DNA of 59,003 nt, counting the filler. It is 6 parts of 6 records of this genome, joined end to end, with 100 filler letters (N's around TTAATTAATTAA, not from the genome) between each part and the next. Parts side by side here need not be neighbours in the genome. Positions count along the whole stretch, not along the records: positions 1 to 28,034 come from SRR31156797_28698; positions 28,135 to 35,910 come from SRR31156797_28706; 4 more parts are not named here. One strand, given 5' to 3'. Below, piece after piece: positions 18,407 to 28,262 of the stretch. The position numbers and the translations under genes were made by a program. Each line of letters begins with the position of its first letter. The first letter of the stretch is position 1. The notes beneath the pieces were generated by a model. The model was given only the letters and a program-made list of their open reading frames with translations. It ran no database searches and had not been told where the DNA came from.

Positions 18407-21064
18407 ATGAAAAAAATAAGCCTCAACGTTAATGGTTGCGCGGTTCAGGTGATTGCCGACGCCAAATTGGTTTTGCTGGATCTGCTCCGCCATATCCTGG
18501 GTTTGACCGGAACCAAACAATCTTGCGACCGAAAGGGTCAATGCGGCGCTTGCACGGTGATCGTCAACGGCAAGGCGGTTTTGTCCTGCCTCATCAAGGT
18601 AGCCGGTTTGGATGGTGCTGAGGTCATCACCATAGAAGGTTTGGGAACCCCCGAGAACCCTCACCTTATCCAGGAGGCGTTTGCGCTGACCGGGGCGATC
18701 CAATGCGGTTTTTGCACGCCGGGCATGATCATGGCGGCAAAAGTGCTTCTGGATCAAAATTCCGATCCCGGCAGATCCGAAATAAAACAGGCCCTGCGCC
18801 GGAATTTGTGCCGGTGTACGGGTTACAACAAGATCATCGACGCCGTTCAATTGGCGGCCCGTTTCAAACGCGGTGAAATTACGCCGGATGCCGTGCGACC
18901 CCGGGCGGATGCCGACATTTACGGTATCAGTCATCCGCGTCCATCGGCCATGATCAAAGCCTGCGGGACCGCTCATTTTACAGGGGACATTCGCATTCCG
19001 GGCGCTTTGGAACTGGCCGTCCTGCGCAGCCCCCACGCCCATGCCGGAATTCTATCCGTGGACTTTTCCGCCGCGCTGCAGAAACCGGGTGTTGCGGGCG
19101 TTATGGTTGCCGAAAATATTCAAGGGACAAACCGATTGAAGTATACGATCCCCGACCGTCCGGTACTCTGCAAGGACCGGGTCCGCCATATGGGTGATCC
19201 GGTAGCCGTGGTTGCGGCCGAAACCCGTGAACAGGCGGTTGCCGCCCTGGATAAAATCAGGGTCGAATATGAATTGTTGCCGGTCCTGGGCGATCCCTTT
19301 GAGGCCATGGCCCATGATGCGGTTCAAATCCACGACCAGTGGCCCAATCTGTGTTTCAGTCAGCCCCTTGTCAGAGGCGACAGTGAAACGGCTCTGAAGG
19401 GTTCCAAGGCCGTTATGGAAGCCCGTTTCAAGACCCAGATCAACCATCAGGCGCCCTTGGAGCCGGAAGCCTGCATAGCGTTTTTGGAAGGCCACGATGA
19501 TGGGGCGCAACTGGTGGTCATCGGTCGAAGCATCAACATCCACCACCATCTGAGCATGCTCCGGGAAGCGGTTGGCTGGGAAAACATACGCTATGAAGAG
19601 GCGTTCTCGGGAGGGCAATTCGGCATCAAGCTTGAAATCACCTCCGAAGGGATCGCAGCGGCCGCGGCAATCCACTTCCGGCAACCGGTGCGTTATATCC
19701 CAAGCCTGGTGGAATCCATGCAGATGTCCTCCAAACGGCATGCTTTCCACATGCGGGTCAAAATGGGCGCCGATCATGGAAACCGCCTTACCGCACTGGA
19801 TATGGACATGGTCGTGGACAACGGCGCCTATCACTCCAACGGAAACGCCGTCGTCAATCGGGCGCTGCTCATGATGTCCGGTTCCTATCGCATCCCCAAT
19901 GTTCACTGCCGAAGCCGGCTCGTTTACACCAACAATCCATGGGGCAGCGCCGCACGGGGCGCCGGACCTCCACAGGCCCATTTTGCCCTGGAATGTTCCA
20001 TGGACATGCTTGCCCACAAGTTGGGTGTTGATCCGTTGGAATTTAGAAAGATCAATTCACTAAAACCCGGACAACGTAAATCCAGCGGCCAGATCGTGGA
20101 CCAATGGCCCTTCCCGGAATTATGCGACGCTGTTCGTCCCCATTACAAACGTGCCCTTGGCGAAGCGGCCGGTTTCAGGAACGGAGTCATTCGTCGCGGA
20201 GTGGGCCTGGCTGCGGGAGCATTCGGTATCGGCGGTCCCGGAGATGGCGCCATTGCAGCACTGGAACTGGACGATGACGGGGGCGTCACCATTTATGTGG
20301 CCGCGGCCGACCCGGGTGAAGGGACTGATTCCATGTTGACCCAAGTGGCGGCCAAAAACATGAACCTGTCCTTGGAAAAGGTGCGCCTGGTTACCCGGGA
20401 TACGGATCGGACCACCGCCACCGGCCCGGCCGCCGGCAGCCGCTTGACGTTCATGGTCGGCGGCGCCCTGGTTGATGCAATCAACCAACTGAAAAACGCC
20501 ATGGCCCAAGTGGGAGCCAGGACCGCTGCGGACCTGAGAAAGTTCCATAAGCCGGTTCGATATATCGGCCGGAAAAAGGCCGCTGATGCCGGTCCTCTGG
20601 ATGAGAAGACCGGGCAAGGCCCCTCCTTCGATTCTCAGGTCCATGCCATCCAGTTGGCCGAAGTGGAGGTGGACACTGAAACCGGTGAAGTGCGAATCCT
20701 TAAAATGACCACCGCCTGCGATGCCGGCGTATTGATCAACCCTCAAAACGTGGAGGGTCAGCTTCACGGCGGTATGGATATGGGCGCGGGCTATGCACTC
20801 CGGGAACAATACATCGCCGGGCAAACCATGGATTGGGTGACTTTTAAATTTCCCAGCATGAAAACCGCATTTGATATGGAAACCATCCTGCTGCAAACCC
20901 CCCGAAACCGCGGGACCGATGGTGCGGTGGGTGTGGGTGAAATGACCATGGTCCCCACGGCACCGGCGGTGATTAACGCCATCCATAACGCATGCGGCGT
21001 GTGGGTGACCGAATTGCCCGCTCTCCCCGGCAAAGTCAGAGCCGCACTGGTTGGGGACGGATAA
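18407..21064 (+). CDS. Molybdopterin-dependent aldehyde oxidoreductase (xanthine oxidase family, Mop-like: two [2Fe-2S] + Moco domains, no FAD domain)
   Basis: GTKQSC..GQCGACTV, QCGFCTPG, NLCRCTGY, GGQFG, ARGAG, GVGE. Confidence 0.9.
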   Translation: MKKISLNVNGCAVQVIADAKLVLLDLLRHILGLTGTKQSCDRKGQCGACTVIVNGKAVLSCLIKVAGLDGAEVITIEGLGTPENPHLIQEAFALTGAIQCGFCTPGMIMAAKVLLDQNSDPGRSEIKQALRRNLCRCTGYNKIIDAVQLAARFKRGEITPDAVRPRADADIYGISHPRPSAMIKACGTAHFTGDIRIPGALELAVLRSPHAHAGILSVDFSAALQKPGVAGVMVAENIQGTNRLKYTIPDRPVLCKDRVRHMGDPVAVVAAETREQAVAALDKIRVEYELLPVLGDPFEAMAHDAVQIHDQWPNLCFSQPLVRGDSETALKGSKAVMEARFKTQINHQAPLEPEACIAFLEGHDDGAQLVVIGRSINIHHHLSMLREAVGWENIRYEEAFSGGQFGIKLEITSEGIAAAAAIHFRQPVRYIPSLVESMQMSSKRHAFHMRVKMGADHGNRLTALDMDMVVDNGAYHSNGNAVVNRALLMMSGSYRIPNVHCRSRLVYTNNPWGSAARGAGPPQAHFALECSMDMLAHKLGVDPLEFRKINSLKPGQRKSSGQIVDQWPFPELCDAVRPHYKRALGEAAGFRNGVIRRGVGLAAGAFGIGGPGDGAIAALELDDDGGVTIYVAAADPGEGTDSMLTQVAAKNMNLSLEKVRLVTRDTDRTTATGPAAGSRLTFMVGGALVDAINQLKNAMAQVGARTAADLRKFHKPVRYIGRKKAADAGPLDEKTGQGPSFDSQVHAIQLAEVEVDTETGEVRILKMTTACDAGVLINPQNVEGQLHGGMDMGAGYALREQYIAGQTMDWVTFKFPSMKTAFDMETILLQTPRNRGTDGAVGVGEMTMVPTAPAVINAIHNACGVWVTELPALPGKVRAALVGDG

Positions 21065-21070
21065 TCGGGC

Positions 21071-21286
21071 GTGGACACAAATGAAAATTGGGCCGACGGC
21101 CATGTTAAAAAGATGGTGGGAAAGGAAGATAAAATCGGTTCCATCAAAGACAAGGAAAACGTTAAACTGGAGATCTATGGCGAAGAAGTGATTGAAAAGC
21201 TTGTTAAGCTGAGCGGAAACAGCGGAAGGGTCTATCTGCCGGTGGACTGGGTGGGATGCCGCGTGAAAATTGTAAAATTAGATTGA
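21071..21286 (+). CDS. DUF2080-like small protein
   Basis: EIYGEEVIEKLVKLSGNSGRVYLPVDWVGCRVKIV; start uncertain (could be 21112). Confidence 0.7.
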   Translation: MDTNENWADGHVKKMVGKEDKIGSIKDKENVKLEIYGEEVIEKLVKLSGNSGRVYLPVDWVGCRVKIVKLD

Positions 21287-21312
21287 AGAACTTGCTAAAG
21301 CGGGAGGGTTCC

Positions 21313-22071
21313 ATGGATAAGGATCATCAGGGGTCCGCTATTGAACGGGATTGTTGTACAGGTAATGTTTCGAGTCGTCGTGATTTTTTCAGAAAGGCGG
21401 GGATATTGGGGCTTGGAGCGCTGGCGGGCAATATGCTTCAGGAAGGGCCTGCCGCGGCCGAAGGAATGAAATACGGATCAAACCTCCCTAAAAGCCCAAG
21501 TGTTGCGGGATCAATGGGCGTCAAGGATTCTGCTCCGGTTATGATTCCGGATGTCTCCATCTTCATGAGAAGCCCGGACTCAGTGCTCGTGGGCATATCG
21601 AACAGTGAGGTGATTGAGATCAAACTAAAGGATGTCCTCAAGTTTCACGGGTACTGTGCGGGGGGCGTCGCTTTTTCATTCAGAGCGGCACAGGAGGCGT
21701 TTAAAATCCTCTGCGGCGATGAGTTGCCCGTCCGGCAATCTTTTAAGGTCCGGACTTCCCACCATTGCTGTCAGGCGGGTGCATTGGCTTATATTACCGG
21801 CGCCCGAACGGACTTCGGGGCTGAACGGAGCACCGGCGATATGGTTTTAATTCCCAAAGAGATGAAAAAAATTATTTTCATTGACAAGAAAACGGGAAAG
21901 CAGGTCACTCTGAGACCTCTTTTCAATCCCCATGATATCTTCAAACCGCTCTTCCGCGGTGTTAAAAAGAATCACGGCATGGCCTCCAAGGTTCAACAAA
22001 CCCTTCACAACGCCGTGCAGGAATACCTTAGCGCTCCCACGGAAAGGCTCTTTCAGATCGAGAAAACCTGA
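21313..22071 (+). CDS. Tat-exported FmdE/FwdE-like protein
   Basis: SRRDFF twin-arginine motif + hydrophobic stretch + AAA; KFHGYCAGG and HHCCQAGALAYITG resemble FmdE metal motifs; GGAGG RBS. Confidence 0.7.
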   Translation: MDKDHQGSAIERDCCTGNVSSRRDFFRKAGILGLGALAGNMLQEGPAAAEGMKYGSNLPKSPSVAGSMGVKDSAPVMIPDVSIFMRSPDSVLVGISNSEVIEIKLKDVLKFHGYCAGGVAFSFRAAQEAFKILCGDELPVRQSFKVRTSHHCCQAGALAYITGARTDFGAERSTGDMVLIPKEMKKIIFIDKKTGKQVTLRPLFNPHDIFKPLFRGVKKNHGMASKVQQTLHNAVQEYLSAPTERLFQIEKT

Positions 22072-22123
22072 TTCCACATGGATCCATGCAAAATCAGTCA
22101 CTGCCGGGGAAACGCCGGGCGGT

Positions 22124-23386
22124 CTATTCCTTTTTCGCTTTTGCATGGGATTTTTTTAAAAGAACGCTCGCAAAGCAGTACCAGAAGATGGTCATAAGCT
22201 GAATTGCCAGGAGTGTGCCGAAGGCCCCCTGATAACCCGCGGGTGCGTACCCCCCTGATGGGGTGGTGGGCCATCGGCCGATGATGACCCCGATACCCCA
22301 TTGGGCTGAAAAGGCCGCCAGAAATACCAGCAGGTTCAGTGCCGTGTTCACCCTGCCGGAAAGATGCAGGGGAAAGCTTTGAGATAGGGCTGCATAAGGC
22401 AGAATACCGGATGTACCGAAAAATCCGAATAGCATCCACATCAAGGTGGCGCCTGATTTAGCCCCCGAAACAATCAGCACCATCACGACCATGAAAAGAC
22501 CCATGCCCATTGTCCCCACCGCCATGGTCGATATGCCGCGTCGGCTGAGGCGTTCGGCGGCTGTCCCCAGTACAATAAATCCCAGAACCATGGACACCGC
22601 CAATAACAGCAGTGTCCCGGCCACGGCGGAACGGTCGTATCCAGCCACATCCCGCAACCAGGGGCCTGCCCAGAGGCCATGTACCGCCAGGAAGGTACCC
22701 TGACTCAGGGTGGCCCAGGGGGCGATTCGCCAGAAATTTAGACTCGTGAGAATGGTTCCCATATCCCGCATCTGGTGAGAGAAGGGCTCCTGCTTCATGT
22801 GGGTCCGGCGTTGGGGAACCATGAAGAATATGGCCGCCGCCACCACAACGGTCAGCGCCGCCAGCAATGTGAAAACCCCGCGCCAATCCGTTATGGTCAG
22901 GGCCGACTCCACAGGGGAAGTGGCGGCAAGTGCCCCCAAGCCCCCCGCCGCCATTTGAAAACCGTTGATCCGGGGGAGTTGTTGTTTGGGGAACCAGAGC
23001 ACAAAGGCTTTGAAAGCGGCCATCAGGCATGCGGATACACCCAAACCGATGAGCCCTCGGCCAATGACCAGACCGGTCAGGGTGCTTGCGTTGGCAAACA
23101 CAAAGGCGCCGGCCGCGGCCAGAATCAGCAATCCCGCTTCGATCTTGCGGGGGCCGAAACGGTCCAGTAAAATGCCCAAGGGGAGTTGAAACGCCGCAAA
23201 GGTAATGAAATAGGTTGCCGTGAGCAATCCCAGGCTGGAAGGGTCCACACCCAGGTCCGCGGCCAGATTGGGTGCCAGGACGGCGTTAATCACCCGATAG
23301 AGGTAGGAGAGAAAATATCCTAACGCAAACGGCAGAAAGACCTGGCAACGTTTGGCAAAGGATATGGGTGATGGGACTTTTTCCAA
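22124..23386 (-). CDS. MFS transporter
   Basis: About 12 hydrophobic segments; motif A GILLDRFGPRK. Confidence 0.9.
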   Translation of the reverse strand: MEKVPSPISFAKRCQVFLPFALGYFLSYLYRVINAVLAPNLAADLGVDPSSLGLLTATYFITFAAFQLPLGILLDRFGPRKIEAGLLILAAAGAFVFANASTLTGLVIGRGLIGLGVSACLMAAFKAFVLWFPKQQLPRINGFQMAAGGLGALAATSPVESALTITDWRGVFTLLAALTVVVAAAIFFMVPQRRTHMKQEPFSHQMRDMGTILTSLNFWRIAPWATLSQGTFLAVHGLWAGPWLRDVAGYDRSAVAGTLLLLAVSMVLGFIVLGTAAERLSRRGISTMAVGTMGMGLFMVVMVLIVSGAKSGATLMWMLFGFFGTSGILPYAALSQSFPLHLSGRVNTALNLLVFLAAFSAQWGIGVIIGRWPTTPSGGYAPAGYQGAFGTLLAIQLMTIFWYCFASVLLKKSHAKAKKE

Positions 23387-23396
23387 AAATGACCGT

Positions 23397-23816
23397 TTAC
23401 TTAACCAGCAGAACAGGGCATTGGGCCAGAATACTCACTTTGTAGCTGATGGTTCCCCATCCCTGGCTTCGTTCTTCAAGATCTACCTTGTGGGATTTCA
23501 TAATGATCAAATCCACATTGTTCTCTTCCGCATAACGGACAATTTCCCGGGTTCTGTTGCCGTAAACCACTTGTGGTTCCACGGTCGTTTCCGTTCTGTC
23601 CAGGCTATCTATGATGGTATTGAGATCTTTAAAGGAACGTTTTTCCAGACCACCGTAAAAATCCTCAAATTCCTCAAAAGTCGTGTTCTGTATGACTTCG
23701 ATTACATGCAGTAGCGAGATTTTACCGTTGTCCATGGAGCAGAGCCTCATGGCAATACCCAGGGCGTGTTGATCATTATCAAGAAAATCCGTGGGAACCA
23801 GAATGTTTTTAAACAT
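23397..23816 (-). CDS. Universal stress protein
   Basis: FKNILVPTDF, LLHV, DLIIM, CPVLLVK. Confidence 0.9.
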   Translation of the reverse strand: MFKNILVPTDFLDNDQHALGIAMRLCSMDNGKISLLHVIEVIQNTTFEEFEDFYGGLEKRSFKDLNTIIDSLDRTETTVEPQVVYGNRTREIVRYAEENNVDLIIMKSHKVDLEERSQGWGTISYKVSILAQCPVLLVK

Positions 23817-23865
23817 TGTATTTACCTTTAAGTTGATATTTTTTTATATTGATATTAATTCTTTT

Positions 23866-25323
23866 CTAACTATTTTTAACTTCCATGACCCCTTGATTTT
23901 TTCTCAGGAAAGGGCTCAGATTTCGGAGATCATATTTGTCGATTTTACGGTAAAGGGTCGCCCTTGAAATTTCAAGCTTCTTGGCTGTCAAGGCCAGGTT
24001 TCCCTGCGTCAGGTTGAGGGCGTTCAGCATGACCATTTTTTCCATGGTTGAAAGGGGGGTTATCTTCCGGGAAGAGAAATTAACGGCTTCCTTGTTCTCG
24101 GACGTTTCTTTATCGGAAAAACATTCCCTGCTGGAGGATGAAGACCCATCGGCAATTTCGGAGGGGAGGGTTGAGATTTCCAAACGATCGCTATCCGAGG
24201 TGACCATGGCCCTTTGAATGACGTTTTCCAACTCTCTGACATTTCCCGGCCAATCATAGGCAACCAGTGCCGCCATGGCGTTATGGTCAACAGAGCGGAT
24301 ATCTTTTTTGGTCTCCTTCATGTATTTATCCAGAAAATGCCGCACCAGGACGGGAATATCTTCTTTTCTATCTCGCAGACAGGGGATATGGATGGGGTAA
24401 ACCATCAGCCGATAATAGAGGTCTTCCCTGAAATTGCCGGTTTCCGTTTCCGCTTTCAATCTTTTGTTGGTGGCGGAAATAATCCGGACATCCACCGAAA
24501 TACGCTTTCGCCCACCGACCCGCTCAATGGTTCTGGTTTCGAGGAATCGAAGGAGTTTCACTTGAAGGCTCGGTGACATGTCGCCCACTTCATCCAGGAA
24601 AAGGGTGCCGCCGTTGGCCACCTCTATTTTGCCTGCCTGGGAACGGACAGCGCCGGTAAACGCACCTTTTTCATACCCGAAAAATTCACTTTCCTGAAGG
24701 TTCTCAGGTATGGCGCCGCAATTAACGGCTTCAAAGGGTCCATCCTGGCGGGAACCCTGGTAGTGAATGGCCCGGGCCACCAACTCCTTTCCCGTTCCGG
24801 ACTCTCCTTGGATAAAAACGTTGATGTTATTGTTTGCAACCTTTTCAATCTGGTTGAATACCTTTTCCATCACGGCGGTTCTACCGATGATGTTGTGGAA
24901 TGAATAGGTGTGCCCCAACTCTTTCCGGAGTTGGTCAATTTTTTTGGCCAGGGTATATTTTTCAACGGCTTTTTTGAGGGATGTCTCCAACCGGCTTCGG
25001 TCGATGGGTTTCCGGATGTAATCATAGGCCCCCAGTTTCATGGATTTAACCGCCAGTTCCAATGAACCTTTTGCGGTTACCATGATAACGGGTAGTTCCT
25101 TTTCGATGCTTTGGATGCGTTTTAAGACTTCAATGCCGTCCAGTCCGGGCATCATGATATCGAGACAGATGGCCGTGGGCCCCTCATCCAGGGCCTTAAG
25201 ACATTGCTGGCCGTCGCTGAATGTCCGGACCTCATAGCCGTATTTCTGAATCCATTTGGCCATCAGGATTCTTGCCGTGGGCTCGTCATCCACAACGAAT
25301 ATCAGGGTTTTGGCCTTCATCAC
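23866..25323 (-). CDS. Sigma-54-dependent response regulator (REC-AAA+-Fis HTH, NtrC family)
   Basis: [48 protein letters not shown]. Confidence 0.95.
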   Translation of the reverse strand: MMKAKTLIFVVDDEPTARILMAKWIQKYGYEVRTFSDGQQCLKALDEGPTAICLDIMMPGLDGIEVLKRIQSIEKELPVIMVTAKGSLELAVKSMKLGAYDYIRKPIDRSRLETSLKKAVEKYTLAKKIDQLRKELGHTYSFHNIIGRTAVMEKVFNQIEKVANNNINVFIQGESGTGKELVARAIHYQGSRQDGPFEAVNCGAIPENLQESEFFGYEKGAFTGAVRSQAGKIEVANGGTLFLDEVGDMSPSLQVKLLRFLETRTIERVGGRKRISVDVRIISATNKRLKAETETGNFREDLYYRLMVYPIHIPCLRDRKEDIPVLVRHFLDKYMKETKKDIRSVDHNAMAALVAYDWPGNVRELENVIQRAMVTSDSDRLEISTLPSEIADGSSSSSRECFSDKETSENKEAVNFSSRKITPLSTMEKMVMLNALNLTQGNLALTAKKLEISRATLYRKIDKYDLRNLSPFLRKNQGVMEVKNS

Positions 25324-25353
25324 CTGGCAAACCTCGTTTTCGGGGTTTAAGGA

Positions 25354-25803
25354 TTACACCGCAAAGTCAACCTTGATTTTGAACATTTCTTCGGCGGGCA
25401 GGTTTAAAATTTCCTTTACGCCGGTTTTCCGTTGTATGGTCTCAAGGGTATCCTCGATGATACCCATTTCTTCGGCAATAAAGGTGAACCAGACATTGTA
25501 GGAATGGGCTCTCAGATAGTTGTGGGTTACGCCCGGATAAGCGTTTACGGTTTCGACGAAACGATCGATTTTTTCTTCGGGCACACGTGCGGCACATAGG
25601 GTGCTGACAAAATTCAATTTCGAAGTTTGGAAGTTCCCCCCGATTCGTCTGATGATACCCTTTTCCTTAAGGCGTTTTACGGCGTCGAGAACCTGCCTTT
25701 CCGTCATGTGGAGCCTGTTGCCCAGATCGCGATAGGGGCGGGACGAAATGGGGAAATCGGACTGAATTTCGTTCAGGATTTTCCTGTACTTCGTTTCCAT
25801 CAT
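25354..25803 (-). CDS. ahbA: Siroheme decarboxylase subunit (AsnC/Lrp-like)
   Basis: IQSDFPISSRPY, IIRRIGG, GVTHNYLR, NVWFT; heme operon context. Confidence 0.85.
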   Translation of the reverse strand: MMETKYRKILNEIQSDFPISSRPYRDLGNRLHMTERQVLDAVKRLKEKGIIRRIGGNFQTSKLNFVSTLCAARVPEEKIDRFVETVNAYPGVTHNYLRAHSYNVWFTFIAEEMGIIEDTLETIQRKTGVKEILNLPAEEMFKIKVDFAV

Positions 25804-26888
25804 GATGCCTTGGCATGGGGTTCATAGGCGCAAAGGGGTTCCTCGGCCAGATAGTCGCCGGTGGCTTCATAGGCACGGGCCCTACAGCCGCCGCAAAAAC
25901 GTATGTAACCGCATTTACCGCATTTTCCCTTATACCCTGAAAAATTCCTTAATTCCTTGAAAATTCTAGAATTCCCCCAAACCGATTGAAAGGAGGACGT
26001 TTTGAGGTCTCCGCAACTAAGCTCCAGGTAACCGCAAGGTTGCACAATACCGGTGTTGGAAATGAAACAGAAGGATGTCCCGCCTAAGCAACCCCGGGTG
26101 ACGGCATCCAGACCATGGGTTTCAAAACTGACTTTTTCACCCTGTTTGCGTGCTTCCTGGCGCAGTATGCGATAATAATGGGGTGCGCAGGTGGCTTTCA
26201 AGTGAAGGGGGACTTTATCCCGCATTCGGTAAAACCAGTGTAAAATTTTTTCATATTCCCGTGCATCGATTTCCTGGTTGACCATTTTCTTGGCCCTACC
26301 CGTGGGGACCAGCAGGAAGATGTGATGGGCCGCGGCCCCCAGTTCAACGGACAGGTTCAGGATTTTTTCAAGGTCCTCTACGTTATGGCGGGAAACGGTT
26401 GTGTTGATCTGGAACTCGAAATGGTTGCGGTTCAGCAGTCCGATCCCTTCCATGGCCCTTTCAAAGGCCCCCGGCACCTGCCTGAAGGCGTCATGCTGTT
26501 CCGCCGTGGCGCCATCGATGGAGATACTGAGCCGTTGGATTCCGGATGTTTTCATGCGGGCGATAATTTCAGGCGTCAACAGGGTTCCGTTGGTGGCCAT
26601 GACCATGCGAAGACCCATGTCGGTCCCTTCCCGGGCCAGATCAAAAATGTCTTCCCTCAAAAGGGGTTCGCCGCCCGTGAGGATCACGATGGGGTTCCCC
26701 ACCTTCCGGATCTGTTCCAGTATCTCAAGGCATTTGGCTGTTTCCAGTTCTCCGGGATAGGGACCCCGGTCGGAACCTGCCCGGCAGTGAATGCAGTTCA
26801 GGTTGCATTTTCGTGTTAACTCCCAAGCCACGAGACGAGGAGAGGCCTCTTGTTTTTGAATTTTACCGGGATGCATTTCAGTTACCAT
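25800..26888 (-). CDS. ahbD: Heme b synthase (radical SAM/SPASM)
   Basis: CNLNCIHC, LKATCAPHYYR, RGCLGG, CGGCRARA; ATG overlaps the hemB stop (TAATG). Confidence 0.88.
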   Translation of the reverse strand: MVTEMHPGKIQKQEASPRLVAWELTRKCNLNCIHCRAGSDRGPYPGELETAKCLEILEQIRKVGNPIVILTGGEPLLREDIFDLAREGTDMGLRMVMATNGTLLTPEIIARMKTSGIQRLSISIDGATAEQHDAFRQVPGAFERAMEGIGLLNRNHFEFQINTTVSRHNVEDLEKILNLSVELGAAAHHIFLLVPTGRAKKMVNQEIDAREYEKILHWFYRMRDKVPLHLKATCAPHYYRILRQEARKQGEKVSFETHGLDAVTRGCLGGTSFCFISNTGIVQPCGYLELSCGDLKTSSFQSVWGNSRIFKELRNFSGYKGKCGKCGYIRFCGGCRARAYEATGDYLAEEPLCAYEPHAKAS

Positions 26889-27859
26889 TAAGGTTGATTT
26901 CTCAATTTCAATGCCGCTTCTTTTGCAAAATAGGTCAGGATCAGATCGGCGCCCGCCCGTTTGATGGCTAGGAGCATCTCCATCATGGTCCGTTCCCCGT
27001 CCAGCCATCCTTTTTCAGCCGCCGCCTTGACCATGGCATATTCGCCGCTCACATTATAGGCTGCCAGGGGCAGTAAACTGATGTCACGGACCCGGTTTAT
27101 GATATCCAGGTAGGGGAGGGCGGGCTTGACCATGATCATGTCCGCCCCTTCTTCCATGTCCAGCTCCGCTTCCTTCAGGGCCTCCTGTGCATTGGCCGGA
27201 TCCATCTGGTAGCCTGTGCGGTCACCGAACTGGGGGGCTGAATCCGCGGCATCCCGAAAGGGGCCGTAAAATGCGGACGCGTATTTGACGGCATAGGAGA
27301 GGATGCCCCGGTCTTTGTGGCCTGCGTTATCCAGGGCACGTCGAATATGAATGATGCGACCGTCCATCATATCAGAGGGGCCCACGAAGTCGGCCCCTGC
27401 GTCACAATGGCTCACCGCCTGTCGGGCCAGCAATTCCAGGGTGGTGTCATTATCCACCACGCCGTCCAGGATAACGCCGCAATGCCCGTGGTCCGTATAT
27501 TCGCAAAGGCACACATCCGTCATGACCACCATGTCCGGCAAACGATCCTTGATCTCTTTAACGGCGATTTGTACAATCCCGTCTTCGGCCCAGGACCTGC
27601 TGCCGCTAGGGTCTTTCCCGTCGGGCAGACCGAAAAGGATCAGTGCGGGAACACCCAATGCCCAGAGTTCCTCCGCTTCCAACACCAGCGTATCCGGTGA
27701 AAATTGAAACTGCCCCGGCATGCTCCGGATGGGATCCTGAATGTTTTTGCCGTGCTTGACAAAGAGGGGTGCAATGAAATCACGGGTGGAAAGGTGGGTT
27801 TCGCGAACCATATGTCGAATGGTACCGGTCCTTCTCAGCCGTCGCGGTCTTATGATCAT
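26888..27859 (-). CDS. hemB: Porphobilinogen synthase
   Basis: [41 protein letters not shown]; start uncertain (27859/27877). Confidence 0.96.
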   Translation of the reverse strand: MIIRPRRLRRTGTIRHMVRETHLSTRDFIAPLFVKHGKNIQDPIRSMPGQFQFSPDTLVLEAEELWALGVPALILFGLPDGKDPSGSRSWAEDGIVQIAVKEIKDRLPDMVVMTDVCLCEYTDHGHCGVILDGVVDNDTTLELLARQAVSHCDAGADFVGPSDMMDGRIIHIRRALDNAGHKDRGILSYAVKYASAFYGPFRDAADSAPQFGDRTGYQMDPANAQEALKEAELDMEEGADMIMVKPALPYLDIINRVRDISLLPLAAYNVSGEYAMVKAAAEKGWLDGERTMMEMLLAIKRAGADLILTYFAKEAALKLRNQP

Positions 27860-27884
27860 GGGCTCTTTTCTCTCCATGGGGTCT

Positions 27885-28034
27885 TCATGATATTTCTTCA
27901 TCGGTCAGATAGCAGGCCGGTTCGGCAGCCCAGATATCGCCGGTGACCGCCTCGGCCCTGACCCTGAAATTTCCGGCGCACACGCTAAGCCACCGGCATG
28001 TGGCGCAACGGCCTTTCACATGTTTCTTTTTCTC
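27885..28034 (-). CDS. ahbC: Fe-coproporphyrin III synthase, C-terminal fragment (truncated by contig end)
   Basis: Translated by hand: [43 protein letters not shown]. Confidence 0.8.
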   Translation of the reverse strand, partial: EKKKHVKGRCATCRWLSVCAGNFRVRAEAVTGDIWAAEPACYLTDEEIS

Positions 28035-28134
28035 NNNNNNNNNNNNNNNNNNNNNNNNNNNNNNNNNNNNNNNNNNNNTTAATTAATTAANNNNNNNNNN
28101 NNNNNNNNNNNNNNNNNNNNNNNNNNNNNNNNNN
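28035..28134. other. Artificial contig-joining spacer
   Basis: N-run + TTAATTAATTAA (stops in all six frames) + N-run, 100 bp. Confidence 0.98.
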
Positions 28135-28262
28135 AACAAACAATGAAAGATGTGAGTATTGAGTATTGAGGAACAAAGCTTGTTTTAAATCTCAATACTT
28201 TCATATATAATCCTATTACGACAGGCATCGTATTCTGTAACAGCCTGTTGAATGCTGTTAAT

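Noticed and set aside
28079-28090. Recurrent TTAATTAATTAA palindrome
   Set aside because: Always centred in N-runs; a synthetic six-frame stop linker, not biology
28145-28205. GAGTATT heptamer repeats and inverted repeat at the contig start
   Set aside because: Too short and truncated to call a MITE or terminator
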